This document shows positions 37,723 through 47,803 of a stretch of DNA of 64,000 bases, in pieces; positions within the stretch are counted from its first letter, which is position 1, and every line of letters begins with the position of its first letter. The position numbers were made by a program, and so were the translations under genes. The notes beneath the pieces were generated by a model, which was not told the origin of the DNA, ran no database searches, and saw only the letters and a program-made list of their open reading frames with translations. Location of the stretch: the NCBI GenBank assembly GCA_020633675.1, contig JACKDE010000003.1:459633-523632 (forward strand). The letters run 5' to 3'. Origin of the DNA: Deferribacteres bacterium (GTDB taxonomy: Bacteria > Zhuqueibacterota > Zhuqueibacteria > Zhuqueibacterales > Geothermadaptataceae).

Positions 37723-38832
37723 CTATGCAGCCTGCGCCTGCTCACGCAATACCGCCACAATGCGCTCGGCAGCGCGGCCATCCCAGAGTGGTGGTAAAAG
37801 GCCTTTCTTGCCATTGCCAGCCAGTATTTTTTGCGCTTCAGAAAAAATACGTTCAGGATCCCGGCCAACAATAATGTTGGTGCCGACATCGACAGTAACC
37901 GGCCGTTCGGTATTATCACGGGCCGTAATGCAAGGTACGCCCAGTACTGAAGTTTCTTCCTGAATGCCGCCGGAATCGGTCACAACGGCCTGGCTGTTCG
38001 CCATGATGTGCAGAAAATCGAGATAGCCGACAGGATCAACCAGTTTCAATGCGGGATAATCCTGGAGTTTTTGATCGAGCGCGAACTCTTTTACCCGGTT
38101 GCGGGTGCGCGGATGGACAGGAAAAACCACCGTCGTCAATTCTGACAAGCGCGCCAGCACATCCAGCAGTTGCGTGAGTATTTCTTTATCATCCACGTTG
38201 GCAGGCCGGTGCAGCGTTACCAGCAAATAGGAATTGGGCTGCAAACCCAACTCGGTTAGAACCTGGCTTTGTCCGGCTTTCTCGCGGTGTTTGAGCAGGC
38301 TATCGATCATCACGTTACCGACGAAATGCACTTTCTCGGCAGAGATGCCTTCCCGCTCGAGATTTTGCTGCGCCGATGCTTCGGTCGTGAAAAGGTAGTC
38401 CGAAATCTGATCGGTTAAAACACGGTTGATTTCTTCCGGCATGGTGCGGTCAAACGAACGAAGACCGGCTTCCACGTGCACAAGCTTGATGCCGAGCTTG
38501 GTTGCAACCAGTCCGCAGGCAATGGTTGAATTGACATCACCAACCACCAGTACCATATCCGGTTGCAAATCATGCATGCATTTTTCGAATTCGATCATGA
38601 TCCTGCCGGTTTGTTCACCGTGCCCTCCCGAGCCGATTCCCAAATAGATATCCGGCTTCGGCAAGCCCAACTGGTCAAAAAACAATTCTGACATAACTCG
38701 ATCATAATGCTGGCCGGTATGTAATAAATAAGGCATGATATCATCATGCTTTTTCATTTCATCGATAATCGGCGCAATTTTCATAAAATTCGGGCGGGCG
38801 CCGACGACATTGACAATTTTTAAAGATTTCAT
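37723..38832 (-). CDS. wecB: UDP-N-acetylglucosamine 2-epimerase (non-hydrolysing)
   Basis: VVGARPNFMKIAPI, HTGQHYD..MS..FF and SGGIQEE motifs. 369 aa. Confidence 0.9.
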   Translation of the reverse strand: MKSLKIVNVVGARPNFMKIAPIIDEMKKHDDIMPYLLHTGQHYDRVMSELFFDQLGLPKPDIYLGIGSGGHGEQTGRIMIEFEKCMHDLQPDMVLVVGDVNSTIACGLVATKLGIKLVHVEAGLRSFDRTMPEEINRVLTDQISDYLFTTEASAQQNLEREGISAEKVHFVGNVMIDSLLKHREKAGQSQVLTELGLQPNSYLLVTLHRPANVDDKEILTQLLDVLARLSELTTVVFPVHPRTRNRVKEFALDQKLQDYPALKLVDPVGYLDFLHIMANSQAVVTDSGGIQEETSVLGVPCITARDNTERPVTVDVGTNIIVGRDPERIFSEAQKILAGNGKKGLLPPLWDGRAAERIVAVLREQAQAA

Positions 38833-38922
38833 TCGACCTCATCCATCAGTCAGTTTGTACAAAATGCGATAATTATATGCCCTTCCCGGTCAATCAGCAT
38901 ACAAAACGATGTCCTCACACCA

Positions 38923-39957
38923 TCAAATAAGCTTTTGGAGCCTGGGCTGCACGCCAGTAATTTTGGCGACAAAAAACGAAAAATTTTTAGACCGAGCAAT
39001 GTTGATGCGCTTCAATGCATACATATCATCGCCCGGCAGGTTAAAGCCAGTAATCTGCGACAAGGCTGCACGATAGCCGAGTTCCCTAAGGATGGCCTGG
39101 TCCCGCTTGGTAAAATCGCGTTCGAAACCATTGGGATAGCTGAACAAATTGCATTCCTTTTGAAGCTCGCTTTCTATGACTTCCTTCGACATTCTCAGCT
39201 CGGCACGCGCTTCATCCGGGCTCAGTGTCGACAAAATCGAGTTGGTCATCGTGTGCGAGCCAAATTCGATCCCGCCATCGGCCATATTGCGCACGTCATC
39301 CCAGGTCAAAAATGCATAGCGTTCATCGACTTCCTCGACAGATTCACGCACAGCATCGACCTGCAATTCAAGCGATAAAATTTTCTTTTCACGCTCGGCA
39401 GGATTAATCGTCTTAAGATAGCGACGAATGCTGTCTGAAGCCTTCTCTTTGGTTTCTTTGTTGGAGACATCAAAAGTCGCCAGATCACCATTCATCTGCA
39501 GCGAAAGCCGGCGTGATGTGGACGTTTGAATAATCGAGTCCACGTGCTCAGTCCACATTTTTCGGCCACGCTGCCCGATAAAATCGGTCGTGAGAAAAAT
39601 GGTTGCCGGCAAATTGTATTTTAACAACAGCGGAAATGCGTTGATGAAGTTGTTGCGAAAACCGTCATCAAATGTGATGGTTGCTGCATACTCCGGCAAG
39701 GTACGCCTTCCCTCCAGCCCATCCAGTACTTCGGACAGCGGCAAGACAGTGTAGTGGCGTTTGAGCCAGCGCAATTGCATTTCAAACATATCTGCCGGAA
39801 TGCAATTGCGATTGACATAGCTTTCACTGCCGGTTTGCAGCACGCCGTGATAAGTCAAAATCAGCACATCGTTTCGGTGCGACCGGCGTGCATACTGTAA
39901 CACTCCTGAATAATTCAGCGAGTTGTAAAATACACTTTTAGTAAACGCTTTTGTCAT
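38923..39957 (-). CDS. Polysaccharide deacetylase (CE4 / NodB-homology)
   Basis: TFDDGFRNN motif 1 and the later FGSHTMTN (His motif). Confidence 0.8.
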   Translation of the reverse strand: MTKAFTKSVFYNSLNYSGVLQYARRSHRNDVLILTYHGVLQTGSESYVNRNCIPADMFEMQLRWLKRHYTVLPLSEVLDGLEGRRTLPEYAATITFDDGFRNNFINAFPLLLKYNLPATIFLTTDFIGQRGRKMWTEHVDSIIQTSTSRRLSLQMNGDLATFDVSNKETKEKASDSIRRYLKTINPAEREKKILSLELQVDAVRESVEEVDERYAFLTWDDVRNMADGGIEFGSHTMTNSILSTLSPDEARAELRMSKEVIESELQKECNLFSYPNGFERDFTKRDQAILRELGYRAALSQITGFNLPGDDMYALKRINIARSKNFSFFVAKITGVQPRLQKLI

Positions 39958-40029
39958 TTTTTAAACCATTTCACTTCGTGATGATGCAGTTCGCTGATGT
40001 CAATACAAGCAAAGTCAAATGGTTATTTC

Positions 40030-42840
40030 TCACTGCGATTGTGAGAAGGCGTAATTATCATAATTCATCCATGGTAAAATCTGCCAGGGCTGATACGCTT
40101 TTTCGAGTTCCAGACTGGGAGAAACAACATACTGGTTCATCCGCTTCGAATACTTTGCGAACAGTTTTTCTTCAAAGGCAGCCTTTTCAAGTTTTTTCTG
40201 TTTGCGAAAGGTATGGCTCAGAAAATAGTGCGCGATCGGATCGTCCGGCGCAAAACGCGTGACCGCACGAAACATGCGATGCGCCGCGATGTAACTATCG
40301 AGCAAGTAATACGTGTGGCCAAGCTCGTTTAGAATTGCCCGATCTTCCGGAATATCTTTGCGAAGCTTGCTCAGGATGTCTTTTGCCGTATCAAAATCAC
40401 CCTGGCCCTTGTGAGCCAGAGCCAGGAAAAACTGCACCTTTGGCAGGTCACGATCCGTTTCCGGTACCCGCTCAAGAGCCTTTTGCGCTTCCATATGCTC
40501 GCCCGTCAGCAAAAAAGTGCGACTGATGTTCACATATGCTTCCGTCAGTTCGGGCTGCAGTTGCACCGCATGCTCAAATGCCATGCGGGCTTGTAAAAGT
40601 TCATTTTGCAGCAAAAATCCGATGCCGTAATCATTCCAAACCTGTGCCGAATCAGGGCGTTGCTTCAGAGCGCTTTTGTTGCTCTGATGACCGATATGCA
40701 ATTCATCTGTGCTGAGCGTGGTAATCGGTCCATACTTGAGTGTCAGACCATGCGCCGCGCCGTTGGAGGAGGCGTCTTTGCCATGTGTACCGCCGTTGGT
40801 TTCATCATGGCTATCTGTGGCTGCAGCCGCAAAAAACGTACGCTTGCGATAGTGCAACTTTGCTGAAATATGCAACTTGCGGCCAGCTTCTTCGGGCAGA
40901 CGAAATTTGTGTTGCGATAAGTACACTGCATTGGGTATCAACAAGTTAAAACGTTCAACCTTTTCTGCACCAATGCCATGCGCCCAGAAAACCGGCTGAT
41001 TTTCATTATCGAGAAATTGTACACCAAAATAGGGTGCGTTCGGGTCGATATCTTTATCATCGAGTGCACTGCCGATGTGATAGAAGATGTTGCCTTGTTC
41101 ATCTGTCGCTGCAATTTCCAGCCAGGCTTCTGATGCGCCGGGACTGCCTGCGGGAAATGCATGACCAATATTCCCTGATTTGATCAGCACATCGACTTCC
41201 ACAACACTGCCGGCCCGAAAAGATGATCGGTCAAAAATGCGCGTTGCCAGATCATGGCCAGATTTTTTACTCAACTGCGAAGTTCCGCTTGTTGCGCCGG
41301 CTGAACTGATTACCGCATTGGCGAACTGCGGTTGCGTGTGCTCCGGCAAGCTCGCTCGCGAAGCCGCTAATTGAGGACGCACTGCAAAAATTTCTACTTC
41401 AAACAGGCGTTTGGTATTCTCTCCAAGAGAATCAGCTGCTGCGCCAGCATCCATAAAATCCACAATGCCTGCCTTTGGCATTTTGAAGGAGTGGCTGCTG
41501 ACAATCGCCTTGGAATTGCCAGGCTCTGAGCCTCTGGTATCTGGCATATGGCAATCCACACACCCACGATCATCCTGAATTGATCCGAATGCTTTGATAT
41601 CCTGTCTGGCAAAGGAGCTGCCTGCCCAATAGTCGTAATTCGTTAGGCCCGGCACTGGCGACTTTTGCACGAAAGGCTTTTCAAGCGTGAGCTTGTGGCA
41701 AGCCGAGCAAAATTCGCCGGATTGCTTTTTCATAAACGGCTGAAACATAAACTCGCGATGTGGATCCGGATCGGCAAAAACCAAAAAATCGTGCAGCTTG
41801 TTGAGCTTCTCATTTTTAGAAATCGACAAATTTGCAATTGCAGGTTTATCGAGGATATAGGCACCGTTGCCAAGGGTGTTTTTTACAGATTGAATCGCAT
41901 GGCAACTGGCGCAGGAAAATTTTGCCATATGCCTCTCCTGCGCAGACATGCGCAATGTTGCCTGATTGACACTGCCGTCGAACAAGAGTGCGGGTGTGTG
42001 GCAACCTGCACAGAATTTGCCGGCATCATCTCCGAAGCGATTCTGCACGTAGGAGAACGTCGCAAGGTAAAGCGGATGGTCCAGCGATGAGGTATTGTGA
42101 CGCGAATCAGCAAACTGCCTGGCAATGTCAATATGGCAATCGACCCGTCCGCAGGATTGCGATTCCTGCATGAAACGGGTATCGAGAAGTTTTTTCGGCT
42201 CAGTTTCCGCCGGACTTGGGTAAAACAGGCTCTCATCGCCTTCATCATTGGCTTCTTCCAGCGAACTCGGAATAATGCCTTCATTTTGGATGCTGTCGCT
42301 GTCGTCAACAAAGGCCGAATGGATCATAAATGAAAAAAGCGGGATAACCAACGAAATGACAAAAATTGTCAGTCCCCACCGCCCTGCCCGCCAATAGGTG
42401 TTTTCAACACTGACATTGTAGGCTGCCCGCCGGATTGAGCTGATCAAACACATCGCAGCAAAAAAACCGGTAATCGCATGGGCAAAAAAGACGTGGCCTT
42501 CCCCACTTACATTGCCGACAATGAGCAAATAGATGCCGGTCCAGAAAGAAAATTGCATGGCCAAATAGCCCACGCGTCCAACAGTCTCGCCAAAGGTCTT
42601 GCCAATCAGCATATCGGTTTTGATGAAATGCCGCACCTTGGTATACAGCGGTACGATCAACAGCAGGCCTAAAACGATGTGCAGGACAATATTGGCATAG
42701 TAAAAAATCGACGAACTCGATGCGCCCGCCAGATAGCCAGCATTGATAAGCAGCAGCAAAAAGCCGCCAAAAATCGCTTTGTAATATTTCGAGTTAACGA
42801 TTTCCGGACTTCCGTCCGCACTTTTGAACTCCAAATCCAT
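40030..42840 (-). CDS. Membrane-anchored multiheme c-type cytochrome domain fused to C-terminal TPR repeats
   Basis: About 4-5 N-terminal TM helices (aa ~20-175). Four CxxCH motifs (CAGCH, CASCH, CSACH, CVDCH) plus one CX4CH (CGRVDCH) between aa 230-431 (nt 41548-42153). C-terminal TPR-like helices (AFEHAVQLQPELTEAYVN..., GDFDTAKDILSKL...). Confidence 0.7.
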   Translation of the reverse strand: MDLEFKSADGSPEIVNSKYYKAIFGGFLLLLINAGYLAGASSSSIFYYANIVLHIVLGLLLIVPLYTKVRHFIKTDMLIGKTFGETVGRVGYLAMQFSFWTGIYLLIVGNVSGEGHVFFAHAITGFFAAMCLISSIRRAAYNVSVENTYWRAGRWGLTIFVISLVIPLFSFMIHSAFVDDSDSIQNEGIIPSSLEEANDEGDESLFYPSPAETEPKKLLDTRFMQESQSCGRVDCHIDIARQFADSRHNTSSLDHPLYLATFSYVQNRFGDDAGKFCAGCHTPALLFDGSVNQATLRMSAQERHMAKFSCASCHAIQSVKNTLGNGAYILDKPAIANLSISKNEKLNKLHDFLVFADPDPHREFMFQPFMKKQSGEFCSACHKLTLEKPFVQKSPVPGLTNYDYWAGSSFARQDIKAFGSIQDDRGCVDCHMPDTRGSEPGNSKAIVSSHSFKMPKAGIVDFMDAGAAADSLGENTKRLFEVEIFAVRPQLAASRASLPEHTQPQFANAVISSAGATSGTSQLSKKSGHDLATRIFDRSSFRAGSVVEVDVLIKSGNIGHAFPAGSPGASEAWLEIAATDEQGNIFYHIGSALDDKDIDPNAPYFGVQFLDNENQPVFWAHGIGAEKVERFNLLIPNAVYLSQHKFRLPEEAGRKLHISAKLHYRKRTFFAAAATDSHDETNGGTHGKDASSNGAAHGLTLKYGPITTLSTDELHIGHQSNKSALKQRPDSAQVWNDYGIGFLLQNELLQARMAFEHAVQLQPELTEAYVNISRTFLLTGEHMEAQKALERVPETDRDLPKVQFFLALAHKGQGDFDTAKDILSKLRKDIPEDRAILNELGHTYYLLDSYIAAHRMFRAVTRFAPDDPIAHYFLSHTFRKQKKLEKAAFEEKLFAKYSKRMNQYVVSPSLELEKAYQPWQILPWMNYDNYAFSQSQ

Positions 42841-43086
42841 GCGTTACTCCGCTAACCCCTATTATTTAATACACTTCCGTAAATTCACAGCCCGATGTGA
42901 ATTGCGTTCGTTTTGGTTTGCACAGGTGGCAAAAATTGCCTTTTCCCATACAAAGCCATATTCTTGATTTACCGACTATCCGGCTTCTTCGCGAAGATTT
43001 TGCTCGCACTTTTATACGCCAACGCACCCGGAGCTTTCTCTGGCCGCAGAGCCGGTACAGCGCGACTAATGCGCAAAAATTTTTCG

Positions 43087-44109
43087 CTAAAATATGCGAT
43101 CCCACTCCATGCCAGAAACAGTTTCGACAAGAGACGGCACCGTCCGCACCCGTCTGAGCGCAAAATGATCACTGTCCGGGCCGGCAAATCCAGCATAGCT
43201 GGTGGTGGAGGACAAATAGCCACACGATTCCACCAAATCGCGGATTTCTTCCGTGTAATAATCATACGGCCCGCTGTTCGGATAGGAAAAGTGCGCAATT
43301 TGGCAATCGAGTTTTTCTTCCAGCAAGGCCTTGCACTCCTTTATCTCAAGCAGGGCATCGTCTTGTCCTGCATTCGGCAAATTGAGATGGGTCATTGTGT
43401 GCCCACCCAGGGTCATGCCTGCATTCTTCATTTCTGCAACCTGCTCCCAGGTCAACATGATGTTTTTCTCAACCTGTTGGAAATTGACATCATTGAGCTC
43501 ACTGCGAATCTGCGCACGAATTTTCTCGCGCAGGGCGCGATTGTTGCCTTTTATAATGCCAACGACCTTTTCAATCATGCGCCAGCGCTTTTCGTTATCC
43601 GCTTGTTTAAAAGAAAAAGGCACAACTTCACCGCTGTCTAAATTCAGTTCAAAAGAAGGCTTCTGGGAATGCAGGAAATAGTAAATCAACTCGGAAAGCC
43701 AAAATGGCTCCTGCCGGTCAATGCAGGCCGCAGTCAGGTAAAAAGTGCCGGTCGCGCTATATTTTTTGAGAATTTTCGCCGCATACAAATTATCTGCATA
43801 ACCATCGTCAAAGGTGAATGCAACGGCATTCTTTGGCAGTGGCGTGTTGGTGCGCAAAGCCTGTATGACCTGGTCGAGCGAAAGGACGGTGTAACGGCTG
43901 GCGAAATATTTTACATGCTGCTCAAACTTCTTTTTCGAAAGGCAAATGGTCGGATGGGCATAATGATTATCGTGGTCATCGACAATCGCATGGTAGCGCA
44001 AGATAGCCACCTTCGAATTTGGCTTGAACTTTCGAATCAGGGCATATACGCCGCTATAAAAAAGAATGGTTTTCAGCAGTTTGGTGATCTGCATTTTCAA
44101 CGAGCGCAC
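43087..44109 (-). CDS. Polysaccharide deacetylase (CE4 / NodB-homology)
   Basis: FTFDDGYADN motif 1 and LGGHTMTH His motif. N-terminal hydrophobic anchor. Confidence 0.8.
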   Translation of the reverse strand: MRSLKMQITKLLKTILFYSGVYALIRKFKPNSKVAILRYHAIVDDHDNHYAHPTICLSKKKFEQHVKYFASRYTVLSLDQVIQALRTNTPLPKNAVAFTFDDGYADNLYAAKILKKYSATGTFYLTAACIDRQEPFWLSELIYYFLHSQKPSFELNLDSGEVVPFSFKQADNEKRWRMIEKVVGIIKGNNRALREKIRAQIRSELNDVNFQQVEKNIMLTWEQVAEMKNAGMTLGGHTMTHLNLPNAGQDDALLEIKECKALLEEKLDCQIAHFSYPNSGPYDYYTEEIRDLVESCGYLSSTTSYAGFAGPDSDHFALRRVRTVPSLVETVSGMEWDRIF

Positions 44110-44115
44110 CGGTTG

Positions 44116-45261
44116 TTACCTCTCTCTTACAGTATTCCAGACCGTATAAGTATGGCCTTGGTAGTTTTCTAAAATCCCTTTCAAACTCGCCCAGTTGACC
44201 AGGCAAAAATAGTACGGCACGTAAAAAATCTTGGAAATCTCGGTCTGTTCGCGCTTGAGCAGGCCAATTCCGGCAAACAGGTAAAATGCTGATTGCAGCA
44301 GCACCATCACACGATAGAATGGCTCCACTTCAACCAAAAACAGGTTGCTGACAAATGCACACACCATGAATACTGGCACCAGCCAACGCAGCAGTTTGTG
44401 CGAAATGGCCTGGATGGCGAAGAAGCCATATCGTAGCGGATTCAGCAATTGCCGCATGCTCATCATGCCGCGCCAGGCCCGGTTTACAATACGGACCTTG
44501 CGACGAAATTCCTTTTCAAAGCTCTCCCCGCCTTTTTCGTAAGAGAACGCTTCGCCTTCATAAACATTGCGATAGCCCTGCACTACGATTTGGAGCGGAT
44601 TGACAAAATCGGATAAGTCGGAGGGATTGAGCTGCCGATAGAGTTTTTGCCGAATTGCATAAATCGCTCCATCCCCTCCCACCAGCGAGCCAAGACCGGA
44701 CTCCATACGTTTAAGCGCCAGCTCGTATCGCCAGTATAAATTTTCGCTATCGGTTGAAGTATCGCCCTCATCGATCGCATAGCGGGACTCGCCGGTGACC
44801 GCTCCGACTTCAGAGTCGGCAAAATTGCGCACCATCATGCGGACCACGTTGCGATCGTACATGGCATTGGCATCGGAGAAAATGACGATTTCCCCTTCGG
44901 CATTCGGGACCACCGCGTTCAAGCCCATGGTTTTGCCGCCGCGCTCGGACATGCGGTGCAGCTTGACACCGCGATCCGCAAAACCTTGCACAATTTCATC
45001 GGTTGCGTCCGATGATTGATCGGAAATCACAATAATTTCCAGTTTATCGGCCGGGTAGTCCAGTTCGAGCGAGTTTTTGAGCTTTTTGGCGATCACGTCT
45101 TCTTCATTGTAAGCAGAGATGATCAGGGTCACCTTCGGCTCGATTTCTTGCTGCCGATGCAAGCGCTGTCCGCGAAGATGCTTCATCAGGAGCAGCAAAA
45201 CCGGGTAGCCAGCATAGACGTAAATGATGAGCGCCACGCTCAAATAAAACAAGATTTCCAC
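44116..45261 (-). CDS. Glycosyltransferase family 2, membrane-embedded (synthase-like)
   Basis: N-terminal TM, VTLIISAYNEEDVI...IVISDQSSD (GT-A DxD context), FSDANAMY, and C-terminal TM helices. The start lies 6 nt after the upstream... (minus-strand) gap to 43087..44109 is 6 nt. Confidence 0.85.
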   Translation of the reverse strand: MEILFYLSVALIIYVYAGYPVLLLLMKHLRGQRLHRQQEIEPKVTLIISAYNEEDVIAKKLKNSLELDYPADKLEIIVISDQSSDATDEIVQGFADRGVKLHRMSERGGKTMGLNAVVPNAEGEIVIFSDANAMYDRNVVRMMVRNFADSEVGAVTGESRYAIDEGDTSTDSENLYWRYELALKRMESGLGSLVGGDGAIYAIRQKLYRQLNPSDLSDFVNPLQIVVQGYRNVYEGEAFSYEKGGESFEKEFRRKVRIVNRAWRGMMSMRQLLNPLRYGFFAIQAISHKLLRWLVPVFMVCAFVSNLFLVEVEPFYRVMVLLQSAFYLFAGIGLLKREQTEISKIFYVPYYFCLVNWASLKGILENYQGHTYTVWNTVRER

Positions 45262-45390
45262 TTTTTCACCTTATGCTTAAAAAAATGCCACAATCAATTT
45301 CGTAAAATTGCAATGGCACGATGCCCGACACCCGCCGGGAAAACGGCGATTTGAATAATTATTGGATACAAAAAGGAAGCGAAAGCAGCC

Positions 45391-46419
45391 TTAGGGAATG
45401 TTGCGTACAATCGATGGCCCGATCACTTTGGTCAACGGTACCGGCAGTTTTTGCCAAAGACGAATTGCCTTTTGATATTTATCATTTTTGGGGCTGATAT
45501 CCGGTATTTGCTGGCCTTCAGGCAGCCAGTATTCCCAATTCAGATCGAGCGGCTCCGCGCCCCACTGCGCTTTGAATTTGTAGGTGCCTTCGCCAGGTGT
45601 GCTGCGGCCAAAATCAAATATTTTAAAGCCATTTTCTATTGCGACTTTGAGTGATTGCCAGTACACCAACATATTGGCAGCCAGGCGATTGTACTCCCGC
45701 AAGGACGATGCCCATGGAATTTCAATCGTGTTCCGAAAGCCCAATAAAAAACCTGCAGCCAACGGCAAGTCATCCTTGTAGGCAGCGATGATCCAACTCG
45801 ATTTGGGGAACGCGTTCAGGACATTAATAAACAGTTTTTTAGTATAAACGGGTGTGCCGAGATCGCGCATATTCATCGAAAAGACGTGGTAGAAATCATC
45901 CACCAGGTCGAGACGGCCAACTTTCGTTGTCACGCCTTCCTTTTCGGGCTTGCGGATTTGACTGCGCAGCTTCGATTTAAAACCACTCCACAACTCTTCT
46001 TCAGACTCCGGCAAATCGAGCAACATGGCAACTTTGGCCTGTTTGTGCTGCAATTTTTCGAATTGTCGATGCGTGTGACGCAGCTCGAGATGCACGCAGT
46101 CGCGGATTCTGGCTTCATCAACTGCGGCATCGATTAATGCCTGACGCGCTTCATCGTTATCGGCGCAAACACCGCCGTAATTGAAAAAGGGAACCGAGAT
46201 CAAAAAATTGCCAAAGAGACGGCTATTCATGTGCACCAATGGAACCGTTCCAATGACGCCTGTCTGGTTTTTCGCCGCCAGCGAGACTGTTTGATGCCCA
46301 AACGTATCATGAATGGCGCGCAAAATATTGGAGTGATGGTAAATGGTGCCATCGGCAGCCGTTTCGATGTATTTGTTGACAGCTTCGCTTCCAAAATCAG
46401 TTTTTTCAATCGTAATCAT
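45391..46419 (-). CDS. FemAB-family acyl/aminoacyl-transferase of the type associated with PEP-CTERM EPS loci
   Basis: 342 aa. LISVPFFNYGGV and the C-terminal FDFGRSTPGEGTYKFKAQWGAEP blocks match my recollection of the PEP-CTERM-locus FemAB-related family. Confidence 0.7.
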   Translation of the reverse strand: MITIEKTDFGSEAVNKYIETAADGTIYHHSNILRAIHDTFGHQTVSLAAKNQTGVIGTVPLVHMNSRLFGNFLISVPFFNYGGVCADNDEARQALIDAAVDEARIRDCVHLELRHTHRQFEKLQHKQAKVAMLLDLPESEEELWSGFKSKLRSQIRKPEKEGVTTKVGRLDLVDDFYHVFSMNMRDLGTPVYTKKLFINVLNAFPKSSWIIAAYKDDLPLAAGFLLGFRNTIEIPWASSLREYNRLAANMLVYWQSLKVAIENGFKIFDFGRSTPGEGTYKFKAQWGAEPLDLNWEYWLPEGQQIPDISPKNDKYQKAIRLWQKLPVPLTKVIGPSIVRNIP

Positions 46420-46534
46420 ATTTATCCGAAATTCTATTCAAGATACCTTTGGGTAAATCAGGTGGCGTTGAGCTTGATCCCGGGCAAATTGCTGCAAGGC
46501 TCAACAGCCGGGAGCGTATAGCGTGATGCCCAAT

Positions 46535-47485
46535 CTATTTCAGCAAAACTTCTTTGCTGCCTCGGCTAAATGAATGGTCAACACCATTGAGCGAAATCTG
46601 TTCGGTCATGCGATCTTCCGCCGCAGTTTCAGGCCAGCGCTTCAGCACCTCTGTTTGCTGCAAAACCTGATCAACAGTCCCGAAACGAAATGATTTGAGC
46701 AAGTTGGCAATGCGCTCCTCCATCAATGCCAGATTGCCATAGTGTCGAATGCGCTTCATCCTGCCAACATTGATGCGTGGCAGTTGCGGATCCAACTCCC
46801 ATGGATGGAAATAGATAACCGCAGGCTTGCCTTCAGCATTGAGCTTGCTGATGCCGTATTTGAAAAACCAATACGGGTACAAACGCAGGTAGCCACCGCC
46901 GGCCATCGGCACATTTTTGCCAAACAATTTGATTGTGGAAATAGGAAATTCAACCAGCTTTTGGTTGCCATCGAGGTAGACATTGAAAGGAAATCGCGGC
47001 GCATCGGCAATGCCGTACAGGTCATGCTTGATTGGAAAGACGCTGGAATCGTACGTCAATCCCAATTTGACCAGTTTTTCCCATGCCCAAAGCGATTTGC
47101 GTGTAATCGAGTAACTCGGTGCACGATAGCCCTTGATTTTCTCGCCGGTAATTCCTTCGAGAATTTCAATGGAGCGATGCACATCTTCGTAAAATTCATC
47201 CCGGGACTGTTCATAAATCACCTGGTGGCCGTAGCCATGTGAGGCGATTTCATGACCATGCTCTTTGATCGCAACAACAATCTCCGGATAGCGCTCGGCT
47301 ACCCAACCAAGAATGAAAAAGGTTGCCTTGGCATTGTGACGGTCAAACAGGTCCAAAATTTTACAGACATTGGAAACAACGGTATTTTCGAGCTCGTTCC
47401 ATTCCGATCGTTTGATATGGTGTCTGAAAAGTGAGACGTGAAACCAATCTTCAACGTCAACACTGAGTGCGTTTAGTATTCCCAT
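46535..47485 (-). CDS. Polysaccharide deacetylase, DUF3473-containing subfamily (PEP-CTERM-locus type)
   Basis: MGILNALSVDVEDWFHV start motif, HGYGH, and C-terminal FHPWELD. I prefer ATG 47485; the track ORF extends to 47536. Confidence 0.8.
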   Translation of the reverse strand: MGILNALSVDVEDWFHVSLFRHHIKRSEWNELENTVVSNVCKILDLFDRHNAKATFFILGWVAERYPEIVVAIKEHGHEIASHGYGHQVIYEQSRDEFYEDVHRSIEILEGITGEKIKGYRAPSYSITRKSLWAWEKLVKLGLTYDSSVFPIKHDLYGIADAPRFPFNVYLDGNQKLVEFPISTIKLFGKNVPMAGGGYLRLYPYWFFKYGISKLNAEGKPAVIYFHPWELDPQLPRINVGRMKRIRHYGNLALMEERIANLLKSFRFGTVDQVLQQTEVLKRWPETAAEDRMTEQISLNGVDHSFSRGSKEVLLK

Positions 47486-47803
47486 GGATGCTCGTCTTTG
47501 GTGCAAATTAACATTAACGCATTGATTATTTGGCACGTTTGATCGCGCCTTTTTGTCGGGTAAAGCAAACCGCCGCCATGCAGTTTCGGCGTATTGCGCC
47601 GATATTGCGCTGTGCGATTGAAAGCGCCCGACTTTTAAATAAATAACAATTTCGGGTAGGTTTTGCGGAAGAAAAACAGAACGTTTCAGCCTGAAAAATT
47701 GCTTTATCTGGCGGAATCATCGCGACTTCGGCCGCTATGCGACCAGCTATCTGGATGTGATGGCAGAATTAGCCAGATTTTTCAAGCTGAAACGCACACG
47801 AAA

